A stretch of DNA of 64,000 nt from Camelus ferus (Eukaryota): contig NC_045707.1 of assembly GCF_009834535.1 (NCBI RefSeq), positions 50,222,001 to 50,286,000 of the forward strand, written 5' to 3'. A program made the translations under genes and the position numbers. Under the pieces are notes generated by a model. That model was not told where the DNA came from. It saw only the letters and a list, made by a program, of their open reading frames with translations, and made no database searches. Shown in pieces: positions 38,771 through 52,190 of the stretch; position 1 is the first letter of the stretch; each line of letters opens with the position of its first letter.

Positions 38771-39415
38771 CATAATGTTGGGTGATTTCACATACACGTA
38801 TGGATTCTGAATGACTAGTTCATTTTTATATATTCCAGGCATGATCACTAGTCCTTGATGATGGAGCTGGTAAACTGAAATGGGTGTTTACACGTCCCTT
38901 AGTTCTCGTATCTCTGAGTCAAGTGTATTAGGTCTCTTATTTTAGGTTTACGAAAACTCAGGGTATTTTAAATTCTCCGGACTCCAGGTGGACGTAATCA
39001 ATCAATGAATATTTGTTAAAAGAATATACATGATGTAATGAGTATATCTCAGTTCCCCTTTCCCTGACTGGGCCTTTCTTATCTGTCTACAGTGGAGGGA
39101 ATCATACACCACAGGCTTAGACTGAGGTTCAAAGGCATCTAGTGTGTGAATGCCTCTGGCACAGCACACAGTAAGACCTAAATAAATGCCAGGCTCTCTT
39201 CCCTCACCCTTGGGATAAAGTGCTGCTTGTAAAGGGAGGAGCACAGTATCCATGTAAGTGGCCTGTGTGGCTACATGTTCATATACAGCTGGGTTTCTTC
39301 ACTAGTGCCATTCAGTTCTTTGGTTCACAGTTTGTAAGTTTAGCTCACTCATTGGGATAATCTTTGTCCAATTCAGTTTGCATTTGTTTTTGTGATTTTT
39401 AAAAATATAAAACCA

Positions 39416-40029
39416 TATATCCAGAGAAAACTCTAATTTGAAAAGATACATGCATCCCAATGTTCATAGCAGTACTTTTTGCAATAGCCAAGACATATAA
39501 GCAACCTACATGTCCGTCAACAGATGACTGGAAAAAGAAGACATGGCATGTGTGTGTGTATATATATATATGATGGAATGTTACTCAGCCATAAAAAAGC
39601 ATGAAACATTGCCATTTGCAGCAACATGGATGGACCTAAAGGTTATTACATTAAGTAAGCCAGGCAGAGAAAGACAAGTATTATGTATCACTTATACGTA
39701 GACACTTAAAAAATGAGACAAATGAACTTTTTTACAAAACAGAAATAGTCTCACAGACATAGAAAACAAATTTATGGTTGCCAGTGGGGAAAGGGCGGTG
39801 GGGGGAATAAACTAGGAGTATGGGATTAACAGATACAAACTACCATATATAAAATAAACAACCAGGACATACTGGAGAACACAGGGAACTCTATTCAATA
39901 TCTTGCAGTAACCTATAATGGAAAAAAATCTGAAAAAGAATATACATATGTAAAACTAAATCACTTTGCTGTACACCCGAAACTAATACAACACTGTAAA
40001 TGAACCACACTTCAATAAAAAATGGTTTG
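39416..40029 (+). mobile_element. 5'-truncated L1 3' end with target-site duplication
   Basis: ORF2 end 'ccagagaaaactctaatttgaaaagatacatgcatcccaatgttcatagcag' through 'cacttcaataaaaa'. TSD aaaaatataaaacca at 39401-39415, and with a TA insertion at 40030-40046. Confidence 0.92.
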
Positions 40030-43000
40030 AAAAATATATAAAACCAGAGAGAGTATTCTCTTCACTCCACAATGCTATCTTCTTCCACCCGAAAATGACT
40101 CATTGTAAAATACATTTAATTGAGAGAATTTTAATTTCTATAAATATAAAAAACCCCAACTTCTCTGAAGTAACCATACGATTTTTTTTTTTTTTTTTGA
40201 TTCATACACGTTAGAGTTCACTGGAAGAGGAGGATACTCTTTTCTCCTATCCCTCGGTGTGTGTGGGAAGTTGTGAATCAGCACGACTATAAATCTCCAG
40301 AAAAACTTATAAGACAGTGACTACAGACGTTCTTAGCTTTGTGACTCAGGGGACATTTTTCTTCAGCGCTATAGTCTTAGTCACCTACTTTCTGGAAATG
40401 AAAAAAAGAGAGAGAAAAAACTGTACTAAGAGAAGTTCTAACAAACTTAAAAAGGGCTCCTCTGACCTGTATCCAAACAGCCTGTTCTTATCACTTTCTG
40501 GAAGTTCCTGTTGCATTGACATAGTACGTACTGCTTTGATTGTATCTGGCTGAGTAAAGAGCTGTACATTTGCCTTATTCTAACTGATGAGATCTGGGGG
40601 AAGAGAACAGTGTTTCCTGGTTGCTCCAAAGCCCTGAGAGATGATTTTGTCTTTGATCATATTTCTCTGCTTGTCTTCTTTAACTCAAGATTGACCTTAA
40701 ATCCAGGTCCTTTTTTTTCCTTAGAAAGATCCCCAAATCATTTTCAAAGTGAGAGCATAAACAATGTTTCAAAAGGTGACCATTATGAGGTCAACTTTAA
40801 AACATTCCAAAAGGAAATTTAAAATATTTTCCTCATATTCCTTCCACCCTGACAAAATGACTTTTATTTCAGTTCAGGCATTATTAATGCAATTGGTCCT
40901 AGTAAAAAATGTGTCACTCTGTTTTAAGCTAGTTTTTTTTAGTGAAGAGAAAAATAGACATTACAGCAATAAGCCACTACAATATTTTTCAGATAGAAGA
41001 GAGTCATCAGGAATAGACTATAACTAGATCAGAATACAATTAGGGATCTAAAGGTCATCATCATGCAAGGTTATTTTAACACAAGAACCTGTTAGAGGTA
41101 TTAAAGAATTATTGTGAGCTATAAATGTAACAACAAAGTCACTAGAACAGGTATCAGGAGAAACGAGTTCTCACTTGAGTTCTGCTGGTAACCAGTTGTA
41201 TGATCTTGAGTAAATAATTCAGACTTCTTGATGTCTTTCCTCATCTGTGAAATAACATTAGAGCTCCAGAATCTTATGACTCAGAGGATTCTATCTTGTA
41301 TAAGTTTGTAGAAATAGATATGCAGGCCTTTGTATATAGAAATAAGTGCGAGGAGCCTTTCATCAATAGGTCATACTCTTGGGATTAAGCTGTAATAATA
41401 TCAGTAATGGATTCGATTCAATCTGTCTACATGTTCTCCTACGTAGTTCTTCTTGGGATCAAGGGCAGGAATCTCTCCTTCCTGCTTGTGATGAGGTGTC
41501 CTGTCTATGAGCGTGTTAACTTTGGTCTCCCTGACATTCGACTTGAACCAATTAAATGAATGATGTAGCAAGTGCAGTTGCCACAGAGTTTATACCCAAT
41601 AATGGCCCCAAAGGATTACACATGGCTGGTCCTTGACCCAATAAAAGGCAGTTATAAAAATCCACCAGGCAATTGGAAGCTGTCAAAAGTCATTTCTCAA
41701 TGAGTCATTTGTCACTGTTAACAAGAATGAATTAGGAACAAGTGGAAAATATTTGTTATTTTTAAGGCAACTAAATTTCAACAGATGAGCAAAAAGTTGT
41801 CATTCCACACTGATGAATAACAGTTGGATTATTTTGAAACCAACAATCCTTGATTCCTTCAGGAGCACTTATGAATGCCTATCACTCAAACAGCTTTCTG
41901 GTTACCAGTTTCCCAAAGCATATGTGGAAAACCGCTCTCTGCTATTGATGTGCAGCTGGAAAATGTGATGTAAGATTAGAGCCAGGTACAGTCAGACTGG
42001 AGAAGTCTAGCCTGGATTTTGTTCTTTTCACAAATCCTTTTCTTCATCTGTAAAGTGAAGCTCTTTTTAGATAATCCCTCAAGATCACGTCCGCTCTAAA
42101 TATCTGTGACTTCTGAACTTAATGGCCTTAAGTAAGTGGTAAAATCTCAGAATCTTCCTGTTGATCTTGAAATTAGAGGAAAAGTCATTTGTTTGTGACA
42201 AATTGCAATCAACAAATTATCTCTCTAAACTATATAGTTATGGTATACTTGTTCTAGGCTTTGTGACTTATGAATGATAAACTCCTGATCTCTGCATATT
42301 AAATCATTTTTAATTAGCAATTTAAGTAGTTTTATTAGATAATAGCTCACAGTTTGAAATCCTTATCTAGAGAAGGGTTATTGACCTGTTTTCCATTGGA
42401 AATGAACCTTGGATGTAAGCTTTCTGTAATTGTGAAATATAGGCATGTAAGTATTCTAAAGAAAATCCAGAAAAAAAGCCCTCACAAAAACCTCAACTCT
42501 TTCCATATGAATAATGATATCCTTCTCAGCTTAATAGTCTATAAATCTTGTTTTATTTTCTTTAAAAGGTGTTGGATTGAAGATTCTGAGGAAGCCACTG
42601 GCTATAAGCCCTAGTGCTATAAGTTATTTGTAACATACAATTTCCTGGTGAATAACTCCATTATACTTAAAAAGGCAGTTTATTTGCCAGGTTTATGTGT
42701 TTGCACAATTATGAAAGGGTTTTCAGATTTAGATAGAGTCCAACACTTGAAATTATTGCAGACAGCCTTGTCATAGCTACAGCTGTACATAAGCCAAGAT
42801 CCCTTGGAGATGGTGAAACCACCAAATACTACCATGCTGGCTGAGCAAATACTTTGTGCTTTCTCCCAGGTTACTGATAATTCCGAAAGACTGAGACTGC
42901 TCTATCAACTGAAAGATAGCTGTGGTGAGGGAGTTATCAAGTTAATAAACAGGGGATTCAGATATGGGCCCTGAGATGAAAGGTTAAGAGGCAGGGTTTA

Positions 43001-44047
43001 AATAGCAACTTTGTTTAGTTATCACTCACAAATCTGTTCAAGAAAACCACCTTGTGCAATACTTAAGATCACAGTTTACACTGAGAAAGGGCTATACACT
43101 GAAGGACAAGACCTTTTTGTGATTAGCATTTCTTCTTACTTTGAATAATTGGATTGGTGTACATGGACAATCACAAACCATAAATCATCATTGGTAAATG
43201 CAACTGTGATTTTCGTAAGTACTTCATTGGTTCTTCCTCCCAGAATCTTAAACCTTCCTCAGTCAATAGTTTCACATGCTATCACAGTTTCTATGTGGGA
43301 ACGACTACAAGCAGCTTGAAATATTTGGGGGCTTTTTCAAACATCTAATTGAAATCTGTATTCCTTTAGTAAAAATCCCCGTTTTCTCTTTTAAGAGCTT
43401 AAAGATCTATAGCATTTCTTTGTTTTTTTCTCTTTGATGAAGAAGCCTCTTTTGAGGGGTTATAACTTTTGAAATGTTATCTGTGTCTCTAAATATTCAA
43501 GCAGATGCTTCTCATTTAGATATTTTTTTTCCCACCTGGAAATTGGCTGCTCTGGCTCCTGGATTGGAAATGGCAGTCTGTACACATCTTCTTAATCTTC
43601 TAACACAGAGCATCATGGATACACATGGTATTACTTAAACCAACACCCAACCTTTGTAACTGCACACCTGAGGACAATCTGCTCATTTCTTTTGCCATGA
43701 CACCTACCTGTGTGTATTTAACTCAGAAGCCAGAGATCATAACAGCCCTAGTTTTATACAGTGAATTTCTAGCTAAAAAAACAAAACAAAACAAAAAAAC
43801 CCCTCAAACCTACTTTGATTTATAAAAATGCTCTCCATTCCAGAATTTCAAGAATCTAAACTTTGCAAAAAAAAAAAAAAAAAGCCAGCTATAAGTAACA
43901 GTTTTGGATATTAAACTGTCCATTCCAGAATTGCTCAGAGTTTAATAGCCCAGTGCTTTCTGAGCACCTGTTCTTTCTGTGTATCTGGAGAAGGCAGGTG
44001 GTATCCTAGAATTACAGATGGTGAATCAGATAAAAATATGGCCAATG

Positions 44048-44348
44048 TGTCATAGGCATTTCCAGCTTATCCTAATGTACTTCTTTCCTTTTCCCAGCCT
44101 CCCTTGTGGTTAAGGTTAGAGACATGTGAGTAGTTTTGGCCAATAAATTGTGAGCAGAAGTGCCATGTCTGTCCTGTTTGCACAAAGATATCAAGAGATA
44201 GTTTGCTTCCTTCACTCCTTCTTTTCCCAAGAGTTTCAGTGGTATAGCTATGAGACAGAGGAGAGTGACATGAGACAGAAATAAACTTACTGGGTTAAGC
44301 CACTGAGATTCCGGGTTTGCTATTGTAGCAGCTAGTATTAATTAATAA
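44048..44348 (+). mobile_element. MaLR LTR (MLT1I/J-like)
   Basis: 'ttcccagcctcccttgtggttaagg...catgtga...ttggccaat...gttaagccactgagatt'. Confidence 0.7.
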
Positions 44349-44670
44349 GATAGGTGATACTCCCTATGTTAGAAAGTTATTGGAAAAGCTAGGGCCATTA
44401 TCTAGATCAAGAAATCACAAACCTGACTTTGAATCAAAATCAACTAGGGGAACCTTAAAAAAATTCCTATTCCTGAGACCCATATAAACAAAAATTTGGA
44501 GGGAGGACATATGAATCAATATTTTTATCAAGCTCCCCAGATAATTCTAGATCATTCTCCTCAAGTCTGAACTTCTGCTCCTCAACGTCAAACTCTTTGA
44601 TTATATTCTGGGGTGATGAGATGGAAAATTAAAAATGATCAGAGAGAACCAGTGGTTTTTAGAGCTAAAA

Positions 44671-44893
44671 CAGGGATCAGCAAACTATAGACCCCAAGGG
44701 CCAAATCTTGCCTGCAGTTTGTTTTCATAAATAAAATTTTATTGGAACACACCCACACTCATTGGTTTCCATATTGTCTATGGCTTCTCTCACTGTAAGG
44801 GCAGAGTTGAGTGGTTGCAACAGAGATGTTATGGTCTGCAAACCTTAAAATATTTAGTATCTGGCCCTTACAGAAAAGGTTTCTGGACTGCTG
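44671..44893. mobile_element. MER58A-like hAT-Charlie element
   Basis: 'cagggatcagcaaacta...aataaaattttattggaacacacccacactcatt...ggcagagttgagtggttgcaacagaga...tatctggcccttacagaaaa'. Confidence 0.88.
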
Positions 44894-46699
44894 ATCAACA
44901 TGATTGTCTCTGTGCTTGAAAAATGTATGAACTCTTGATTTGGCTCTGCCCATAACTGAAAGACTCAAGTTCTCAGCGTTCTTGGTAAATGTAAGAAGGG
45001 CTGGTCATGGAAACTTATTTAACTTTTGGATCAGCTATATATTATGGTATCTCCATGCTCCATGGAAGAGTTTAAAGTCATACAAATTCTCATACTATCT
45101 CTGTTGAACCAACAGAAACAAAGCCACAGGAAGACAATTGTTTCAACAGAGTCTAGAAAGAGGTGGATAATATTTATAGGGGAAAAAATTACAGTTTCCA
45201 AATATATCTGGATTCTTATACTTCTTTCTTACTACAAATGAAGATAAACAGGATTAATATTTAATGGGACCCATTTTCTTTAATGTCTATCTTTCGTTCA
45301 TGCTCAATTTATATCAAATACTTGGTACAACCCCCAAATTTAAAATAATCTATAATTAAATACACATGTACATAAGTACATTTAAATATGCATATTTAAA
45401 TACACAATTAAATATAAAATTTCAAGCTGTCTGGTCCAGGAAATTCAAATTTAAAGTGCAATTCTCAGGGGATGGCTATTTTAACCAGCTCCAAATGCAG
45501 ATTTAAGCTAAAGATCTTTTCAGCTTAATGTATCATCATTGTGGCTTTCCTTTCTTTCCTGTCCATTTCCCCAGTAAAATACTACCAGTCAGAAACCTAG
45601 TGAATCACAGCAAAGAAAGTGAATATTCTTCCTTTTTAGTGAACAAGAGGAAAATTCTGTCTTCTTGGCTAAATAATCTCTATTATTGCTCAGTGAAGAA
45701 AAGAAGTATGAGTCTTATGTTTGAATCACAAAGAGCCTCACCTAGTTATTTTTGAGGCCCTCAGAAGGAGTTCTGAACAGCTCCACTGCAGAGCAAATAC
45801 TGAGGTTAGAGTGGAATATAGGTGAAGAATTGCAGGAGCTTTGATGCAGTAGTTTTCTTACACTTAGAAGGAAAAAGTTATGTTTGAGCTACGTTCCCTC
45901 ACTATGTTAGTTTAAATAACTTCTTGGAACTAGAGAAAAAAGAAAAAGCAAAGCAAAACATACAATTTCATTACACTCCCTAACAGAAATAATTGGTAAC
46001 ATGTGTACCTAATTTTGATTACTCACTCTTCTATTCACTTCTCATTGGTTAATTGAGAGTGGCAGTCCCAATGAAACAACCCCTAGTAGCATGTAATGGC
46101 TAATTGTGAGCAGGTTAGAAGCCTCCTTTGTCTTTGAAAAGGTCTCTTAACTCTCCAGGACATGTCTGTTTGGTATTGAAGTCATGACTTGGAATCGGAT
46201 GATTTAAATTCAAGAAAGTCCTTTAATACTGAGGTTCAAATAAATGAATTTACACCTCATGTCATGTGTTTAGTAGGTGACCAAGACCATGTGCTCTTTA
46301 CTTCCACTTAGCAGAGAATTATAATGTGTAAGGGATTTAAATTAGGCTGCAACTAGCCTTGCTGTGACAGGAAAAAGTAATGTGGTTAATCCAGTGGGCT
46401 AGAATAAGAAGTGGTTCATTTGGGTCGTTGCAGTGACTTCTGATTGAATTCAGGTAATTTCTTCTAAAAAGAGTTCATGCTTCTCTTTCGTCTACTTCTA
46501 ACTCCAAAACTCCACACCCACTCACTGATTGATGGAGTTAATGTTACCAAATTGCTGGGCTAAACAACATGTCTCTCAAAATGCTTTGACCAGAGGGTTC
46601 TATGAAAATATCACGCAGCCAGGCATGCAGCTAAAATTTTGGACTTCTAATACTGGGGAAGAAGCAGAGAACAAAGTTAGAGACATCCAACAATCTCTA

Positions 46700-48170
46700 C
46701 CAGGGTCTATCCATGCAGAAACCTAAATAGCTGTGTGTATCTCCCTTTCACACTCCAAGCACATTCACCCCTGCTCTCAAGGGATTCAATTCAAAACCCC
46801 ATCCAGTTATTGCAATAAACTCAAAGTTTAGGATCTATGGGTGACACTTGTTCCCTTCTATGAGGTCAGAATAGAGTTTCTTTTAGGTGCATACTTTTCT
46901 GGTCTTATCTTAACAGGAGTAGTACCCTCATAACTGTATCATGCACTCCTATTTGGAAGAGGAGAGAAGGCAAATACTCCTCAGTCATCAGGCTGTAACA
47001 GTTCTCAAATCCTGCTGTACCAGAGTGAAGAGGGAATAAAGATGAGTAAGTCTCCTGCTTAAGGCAGCTGGTGGCTCTTGGTTCTTACATTCTGGCAGGA
47101 GCTTTCTTCTTCCATTATCCTCCTGGACCCCATCTGAAGCAGACCTGGGACAATCATGTTCTCTTTCTCAGCTTCCTTCCTGCTGGTGGAGGATTTGGGT
47201 TCCAGGGGTGGCCTTAGGGCTTGAATGATCACAGGCTTTGTCAAGCCAGGCTTGTGGTTTACTTATTAACCGTTGTATTTTCTGCTCATCCCTGCTTACC
47301 TGCATTAGTTTGCCAGAATGAAGTACCACAGATGGGTGGTTTAAACAACAGACATTTATTTCCTCACAGTTCTGGAGGCTACAAGTCCAAGACCGAGTGT
47401 CAGTAGGGCTGATTTCTTCTGAGACCGCTCTCCTCAGTGTCTAAACGGCCATCTTCTCCCTGAGTCTTCAAGTGATCTTCCCTCTGTGTGTGTCCATGTC
47501 CTAATCTCTTCTTATAAGGACACCAGTCATTGAATGAGGGCCCATTCTAATGGCTTTATTTTAACTTAATTACCTCTTCACATATCCTATCTCTAAATTT
47601 AGTCACACTCTGACATACTAAGGATTAGAACTTAAACATATGAATTTTGGGGACCGCAATCCAGCCTATAAGACCCCCCCCCCCTTATGGTTATTTAGAA
47701 AATGAGCTTCATGAGATGGCAACCCTTTGACTGATCTTTGTTGCTAGGCTGGCTCCCACTGTCTGTCAGAAAACTCTCATATGACAGAGGCTGAGAACAG
47801 ATTTATCTCCTGCTAAATCAACAATTCTCTTTTAAAAGGGTTCAGTTTGGGAACAGAAGCAGTTAACTTTTTCCTTCTTAAAAGGCCCCCAATTTAATAG
47901 GCTTTTCCAAAAACGTAGGTTGCAAACCATAGACAGAACTACATTCACTCCCGTTTCTGCAACTGGTTAGTTCTAGCTGGAGTTAGTCTTGCTCAGAATT
48001 CTTTACTAAAAGGGCAAAGAACCAACATTTTGAATTTTCAGCCATGTGGCCGAAGGCTATGGGTTGGGTTGGCTGGGTATAATAAGAGGCAGTTTAATCA
48101 AATATTGAGCCATATTGGAACTTGCTTGCTCACTGCTTGGTATCATACTTTTAAAACAGTGCTAAACATG
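46700..48170 (-). mobile_element. Probable MaLR internal sequence, interrupted by a younger MLT1 LTR
   Basis: Degraded MaLR-int-like sequence running up to an MLT1J-like LTR. Identification from memory. Confidence 0.4.
47300..47672 (-). mobile_element. MaLR LTR (MLT1B-like)
   Basis: 'gtaccacagatgggtggtttaaacaacagacatttatttcctcacagttctggaggctacaagtccaag...ttataaggacaccagtcattg'. Confidence 0.88.
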
Positions 48171-48610
48171 AAATCTGTTTGGCTATAACTGAGATTCAAA
48201 ATAACAGTGGCTTAAATAAGATGTAGTCAGTTCAGAATTGATTCGGCAGGGCCAGACTACAGATACCTGGGACCCAGGCTATTTCCAACTTTCCACTTCA
48301 TCATCTACTGGGCGTGGTTCTTACTGACGTGGTCCTAACCTGTGCTCCTGCATCCACGTTCCAAGCAGCAGGATGGATAAAGGGGAAGAAGGAGCAGACC
48401 CGCTCCCTTTACAGACACATTTCAGAAGTTGTACCTATAAGTTCTGCTTCCATTGCATTGACCAGAACTTTGTCACATCACCCCCTCCTTTCTGGGAGGG
48501 AGTCTGGGAAATATGACTGTATTTGGGGTTGCCAACTTTTTAAAATAGTTATCATTGGGGAAGAAGGCAGCATAGATATTGGAGGACAACTAGAGTCTCA
48601 CAACCAGAAC
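48170..48610 (-). mobile_element. MaLR LTR (MLT1J-like)
   Basis: 'aaaataacagtggcttaaataagat...ttccaagcagcaggatgg...cattgaccagaact...gatattggaggacaact'. Confidence 0.75.
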
Positions 48611-48814
48611 AGTTTGCTTCCACTTTAATCTGATTATCTGAAAGTCTTGTGTGCTTTTTCCACAGCTCTTGCGGTTCACAGTGAAGCCACTAAGGGACAG
48701 GAAGAGCCTGAATTTGTTCTGAACTCTAAAAATCAAACTGTATTCAGGGTTATATTAAAGTATATTTAGTGGTATTTTAATTCCAGCAAAAATTGATCTG
48801 TGATGTATGGTAAT

Positions 48815-49065
48815 AAATAACAATAATGCATATTAACTATTAAGAACTTGCAATATACCAGGTACTATGCTAAGCATTTCATCTACATTTCCCATTTAGT
48901 CTTCCAAGGACTGTGACAGTGCATCCTCCTGGCATCATTTTTTACATGAGAAACTAAAGCGTGGAGGTGTTTAGTAACTTGCTCAAGGGCACGTGGCTTC
49001 TAAGTGGTAGAGCTGGTATTTGCTATGTGTATGACTGGTTCTAAACCTGATGTATCGACCTTCTT
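48815..49065 (-). mobile_element. MIR
   Basis: 'ccaggtactatgctaagcatttc...catgagaaactaaagc...agtaacttgctcaaggg'. Confidence 0.8.
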
Positions 49066-49078
49066 AGTGTATTAAGGG

Positions 49079-49296
49079 CAATGGTTCTGAACTGGAGGCA
49101 ATTTTGCCCCCCCAGGGGCTGTTCGACAGTGTCTCAAAATATTTTTGGTTGTTACAACTGGGAGGCTACTACTGGCATCAAGTGAGTAGAGGCCAGAGAT
49201 ACTGCTCAACAACCCACAATGCACAGGATGACCCCACCCCCCAATAAAGAGTCATCTGGCCTAAAGTGTCCTTGGTGTCACAGTTGAGAAATCCTC
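49079..49296. mobile_element. MER20 hAT-Charlie element
   Basis: 'caatggttctgaactggaggcaattttgccccccc...ctactggcatc...gtagaggccagagatactgct...cacaatgcacagga...gttgagaaatcct'. Confidence 0.9.
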
Positions 49297-50480
49297 ATTA
49301 CCTAACATATTTGGTGGATGCCTTGGTCCTTCCTAAATGAGAGCAGATGATTTAAGTCCATTGCTGATCTCTGGAAATAGGGAATTTCCATTCCTGTGTA
49401 AAGGACTACATTTTTCTTAGTCAGTAGGGATCAGTTCTTCATTTTAGAATTTAGTTGATTTACATTTGCAGGGGGGAAGATTGAGGCTTTTGAAGGTGTG
49501 GGAGCAAGGAAATTTACAGAGAGAGAATACAAAACAGTATTTGGAAAGTATTTCATACCCTGTACTTCTGAAATTTTTTAATAGAAAATGAAACTTTCAT
49601 CCCAATTCAAAAAGAAATAACTTCAATTATCCATCCACTATCTTTCTTTGAAAATGACTGTGTATGATATGTATTTTTGGAACATGAGCTGACATTTGAT
49701 GCTACAGTTAGGCAGTTTGGTTGGATACATTTTAAATACTGTACCTGCTCTAACACCAACAAGGTAACTTTCCTCTAAACAGGCATTTGCTAAACACTTA
49801 AAGTAAACAGACCTGGTCCTAGGAATCCCAGGTAGAGATGACTCTGACTTTTTACCCATAAGGAGATTATGGTTTATTGGGGAGAAAGAGCCAGCAAACT
49901 AGTCATCCTACTAGGAGGGATTAAAGGACACAACGGGGGTCAGTGACAACAGAAGAGGATATGGTACAGCAAGGCGTGGGGACTATGTGCTCACAGAGGA
50001 GAAAACTTCTGTCTCTGTAGGGGAGATGGACAAGACAGCGAAGGCTTCCCAGACAAGGGGAGAATTTAGTTAATTCTTAAAGAGGATCAGGAATTGCAGG
50101 GCAAGAATAAGAGGATGGGGAGGGAATAAGGGGAGGAAAAAGTCCAGACTACCTGGTACAACTGTGGAGTTTTCTCCTGAAACTCAGCACATACTCTGAG
50201 ACAGGACTGCTTCTCCCCAGAGAAGGTGGTACCTTTCTCTTTGCATACAATTTCCGTCTATTTTCTGAATCTGGCCTCTAGGACTGCATCTGTATAGAGC
50301 GGAGGTCTGTTGAGAATTAGCGTAAATGTATCCTGACAGTGATGGTGAGGACTGACACTCATGGCATTGGATGCAGCCCTCGTAAAGCCAAGGAGGAGTG
50401 AAATGTCCTGGCATAGCTCGTACAGTAGGCAGTGAAACTTACGGAGCTGCCAAAGCGCTATCACCCGTGCTTTAGGAAGA

Positions 50481-50506
50481 GCCCTCCCTGGTGGACTGAT
50501 GCTGCC
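50481..50506 (-). promoter_or_regulatory. Candidate CTCF site
   Basis: Minus strand reads GGCAGCATCAGT-CCACCAGGGAGGGC: a CTCF-like core with an upstream GCAG module, in a locally CpG-retaining region. Confidence 0.45.
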
Positions 50507-52190
50507 GGAGATGAGACTGGAGTCAGGCGTTCACTGTAATGTCACTGGGGCAAGTTTAACTTAGCGTAAGTATAATCAAGACCAATTCCATAATTAGCTT
50601 CAATCCTTTGAAACTGACATAAATGGGGAGATCACCTGCTATAAACATCTTACTGGCAGCAGGATATGAATCATAAATAATCCAAATTTGGAGGGAACAA
50701 TCATCCAAATATGTTTTTTTGACACGAAGAATCAATAAAGTGACCCATGCATCTCTAAAGGCTAGAGAACACTTCAGAATACAGTTTAATTCTTCCTTTA
50801 CAAATGTTAACTTTACGAGATATCTTCAGAATCTGGATTTCCCCCTAACTGTTTGGGGGAAATTTATCATTCACCAATTTGTGTGTGAAGTAGGAAAAAA
50901 AATTAATATGATTCTGTGACATTTGTGATTTGGGAATTTTTTAAAAATTCAGAAACTAGCAGTTTCATTAACTCACGGACTATTAAAATTAGAAAAGACC
51001 TTAGAAATATCTTTCAACTTCCTGGTTTTACAAATGAGAAATTTGAGGTCCAAAGATATGGGATTTGCCCAAGTCCACAGTTAGCTACTGGCTGATCTGG
51101 GACTCAAACTTAATTTTCTGCCTTCTTAGTCCAGAATTCTCTCCATCAGAAAAAAAAATTTTTTAACCTAAGGATTTTAAAAACTAGTAGTGATTTCTTA
51201 TTTTAAATTCATAGCAGTTTTCTCCAGTTCTTCTGTCGAATCTGACAAGGGATATACTTCCTCTTAGTTATGTTGCTATTAAACAAGTGGTGAGGACTGA
51301 TCTTCGGTTTGCTTGTGTTTTGGTTTTCTTCTACTCTTGAAAGGTCTAAAAATTCCTGTGTATTCTCTTGTTCTTGTTAGAAAAAGTGGGGAAACCCCTC
51401 TGTAGTCAGAGAAGAGAACCAATTGTGAATGAAAACATTCGTGAGGTTAGGACAAACTCTTTTAAGTTCATGAATATGCACTTAATGATAAAATATTCTG
51501 CATTTCCTGCAGGAGAGTGAAATAAGTGGGAAGCTCAGATAATGAAATAAAGTAGCATACGAAAGTCTCTTAAATAGGTTGGAAAAGATTTCCATTAGGA
51601 CTTTGCAAAACAGCATATGGTTAACCCATTCTTGACTACAATATAGGAATTACTATTTTTTGACCCAAGAGATACTCTCTCCCAGTCAAATAGGGGGTGT
51701 TGCTGCTTCATCTGACCTGGTGTATGAAACCCCAGGTATGGTTTATGAAAAACCATAAACTCTGTGTCAGAGTGGGGCTCTTTCTTCTTTTGGAGTTCTC
51801 CAGGCTAGTCCAGGCTTGCTCAGGGGGCCCTCCCCATAAGTTTTGAATTTTTGAAAGATCGAGGCTAAGTGCTGTCATTGTTCCAACAGGGCTCTTTTCT
51901 CCAACTCTTTTCTGGGTCAGCATATTCAGATTTTCCCAGATGTAGCTTGGCCTCAGTAAGACTCGATGACTCAAGTTTCTGTTACACAAACAAGAAGGTT
52001 TATACTTACTACTTCAGTTTCTGTTGCTACGGTCTCTATTCATTGCATCTTATCCATAACTTGATCCACACCACATCAAGTGTCATGTTAAAAGGTATGT
52101 TGTTTGGACATTCAAAAATGTAGCCCGTTTTTGAAGAAAGAGTTAAACCATCTAGACAACGTTCCCTCCTTAATTTTAAGGAACACACGT

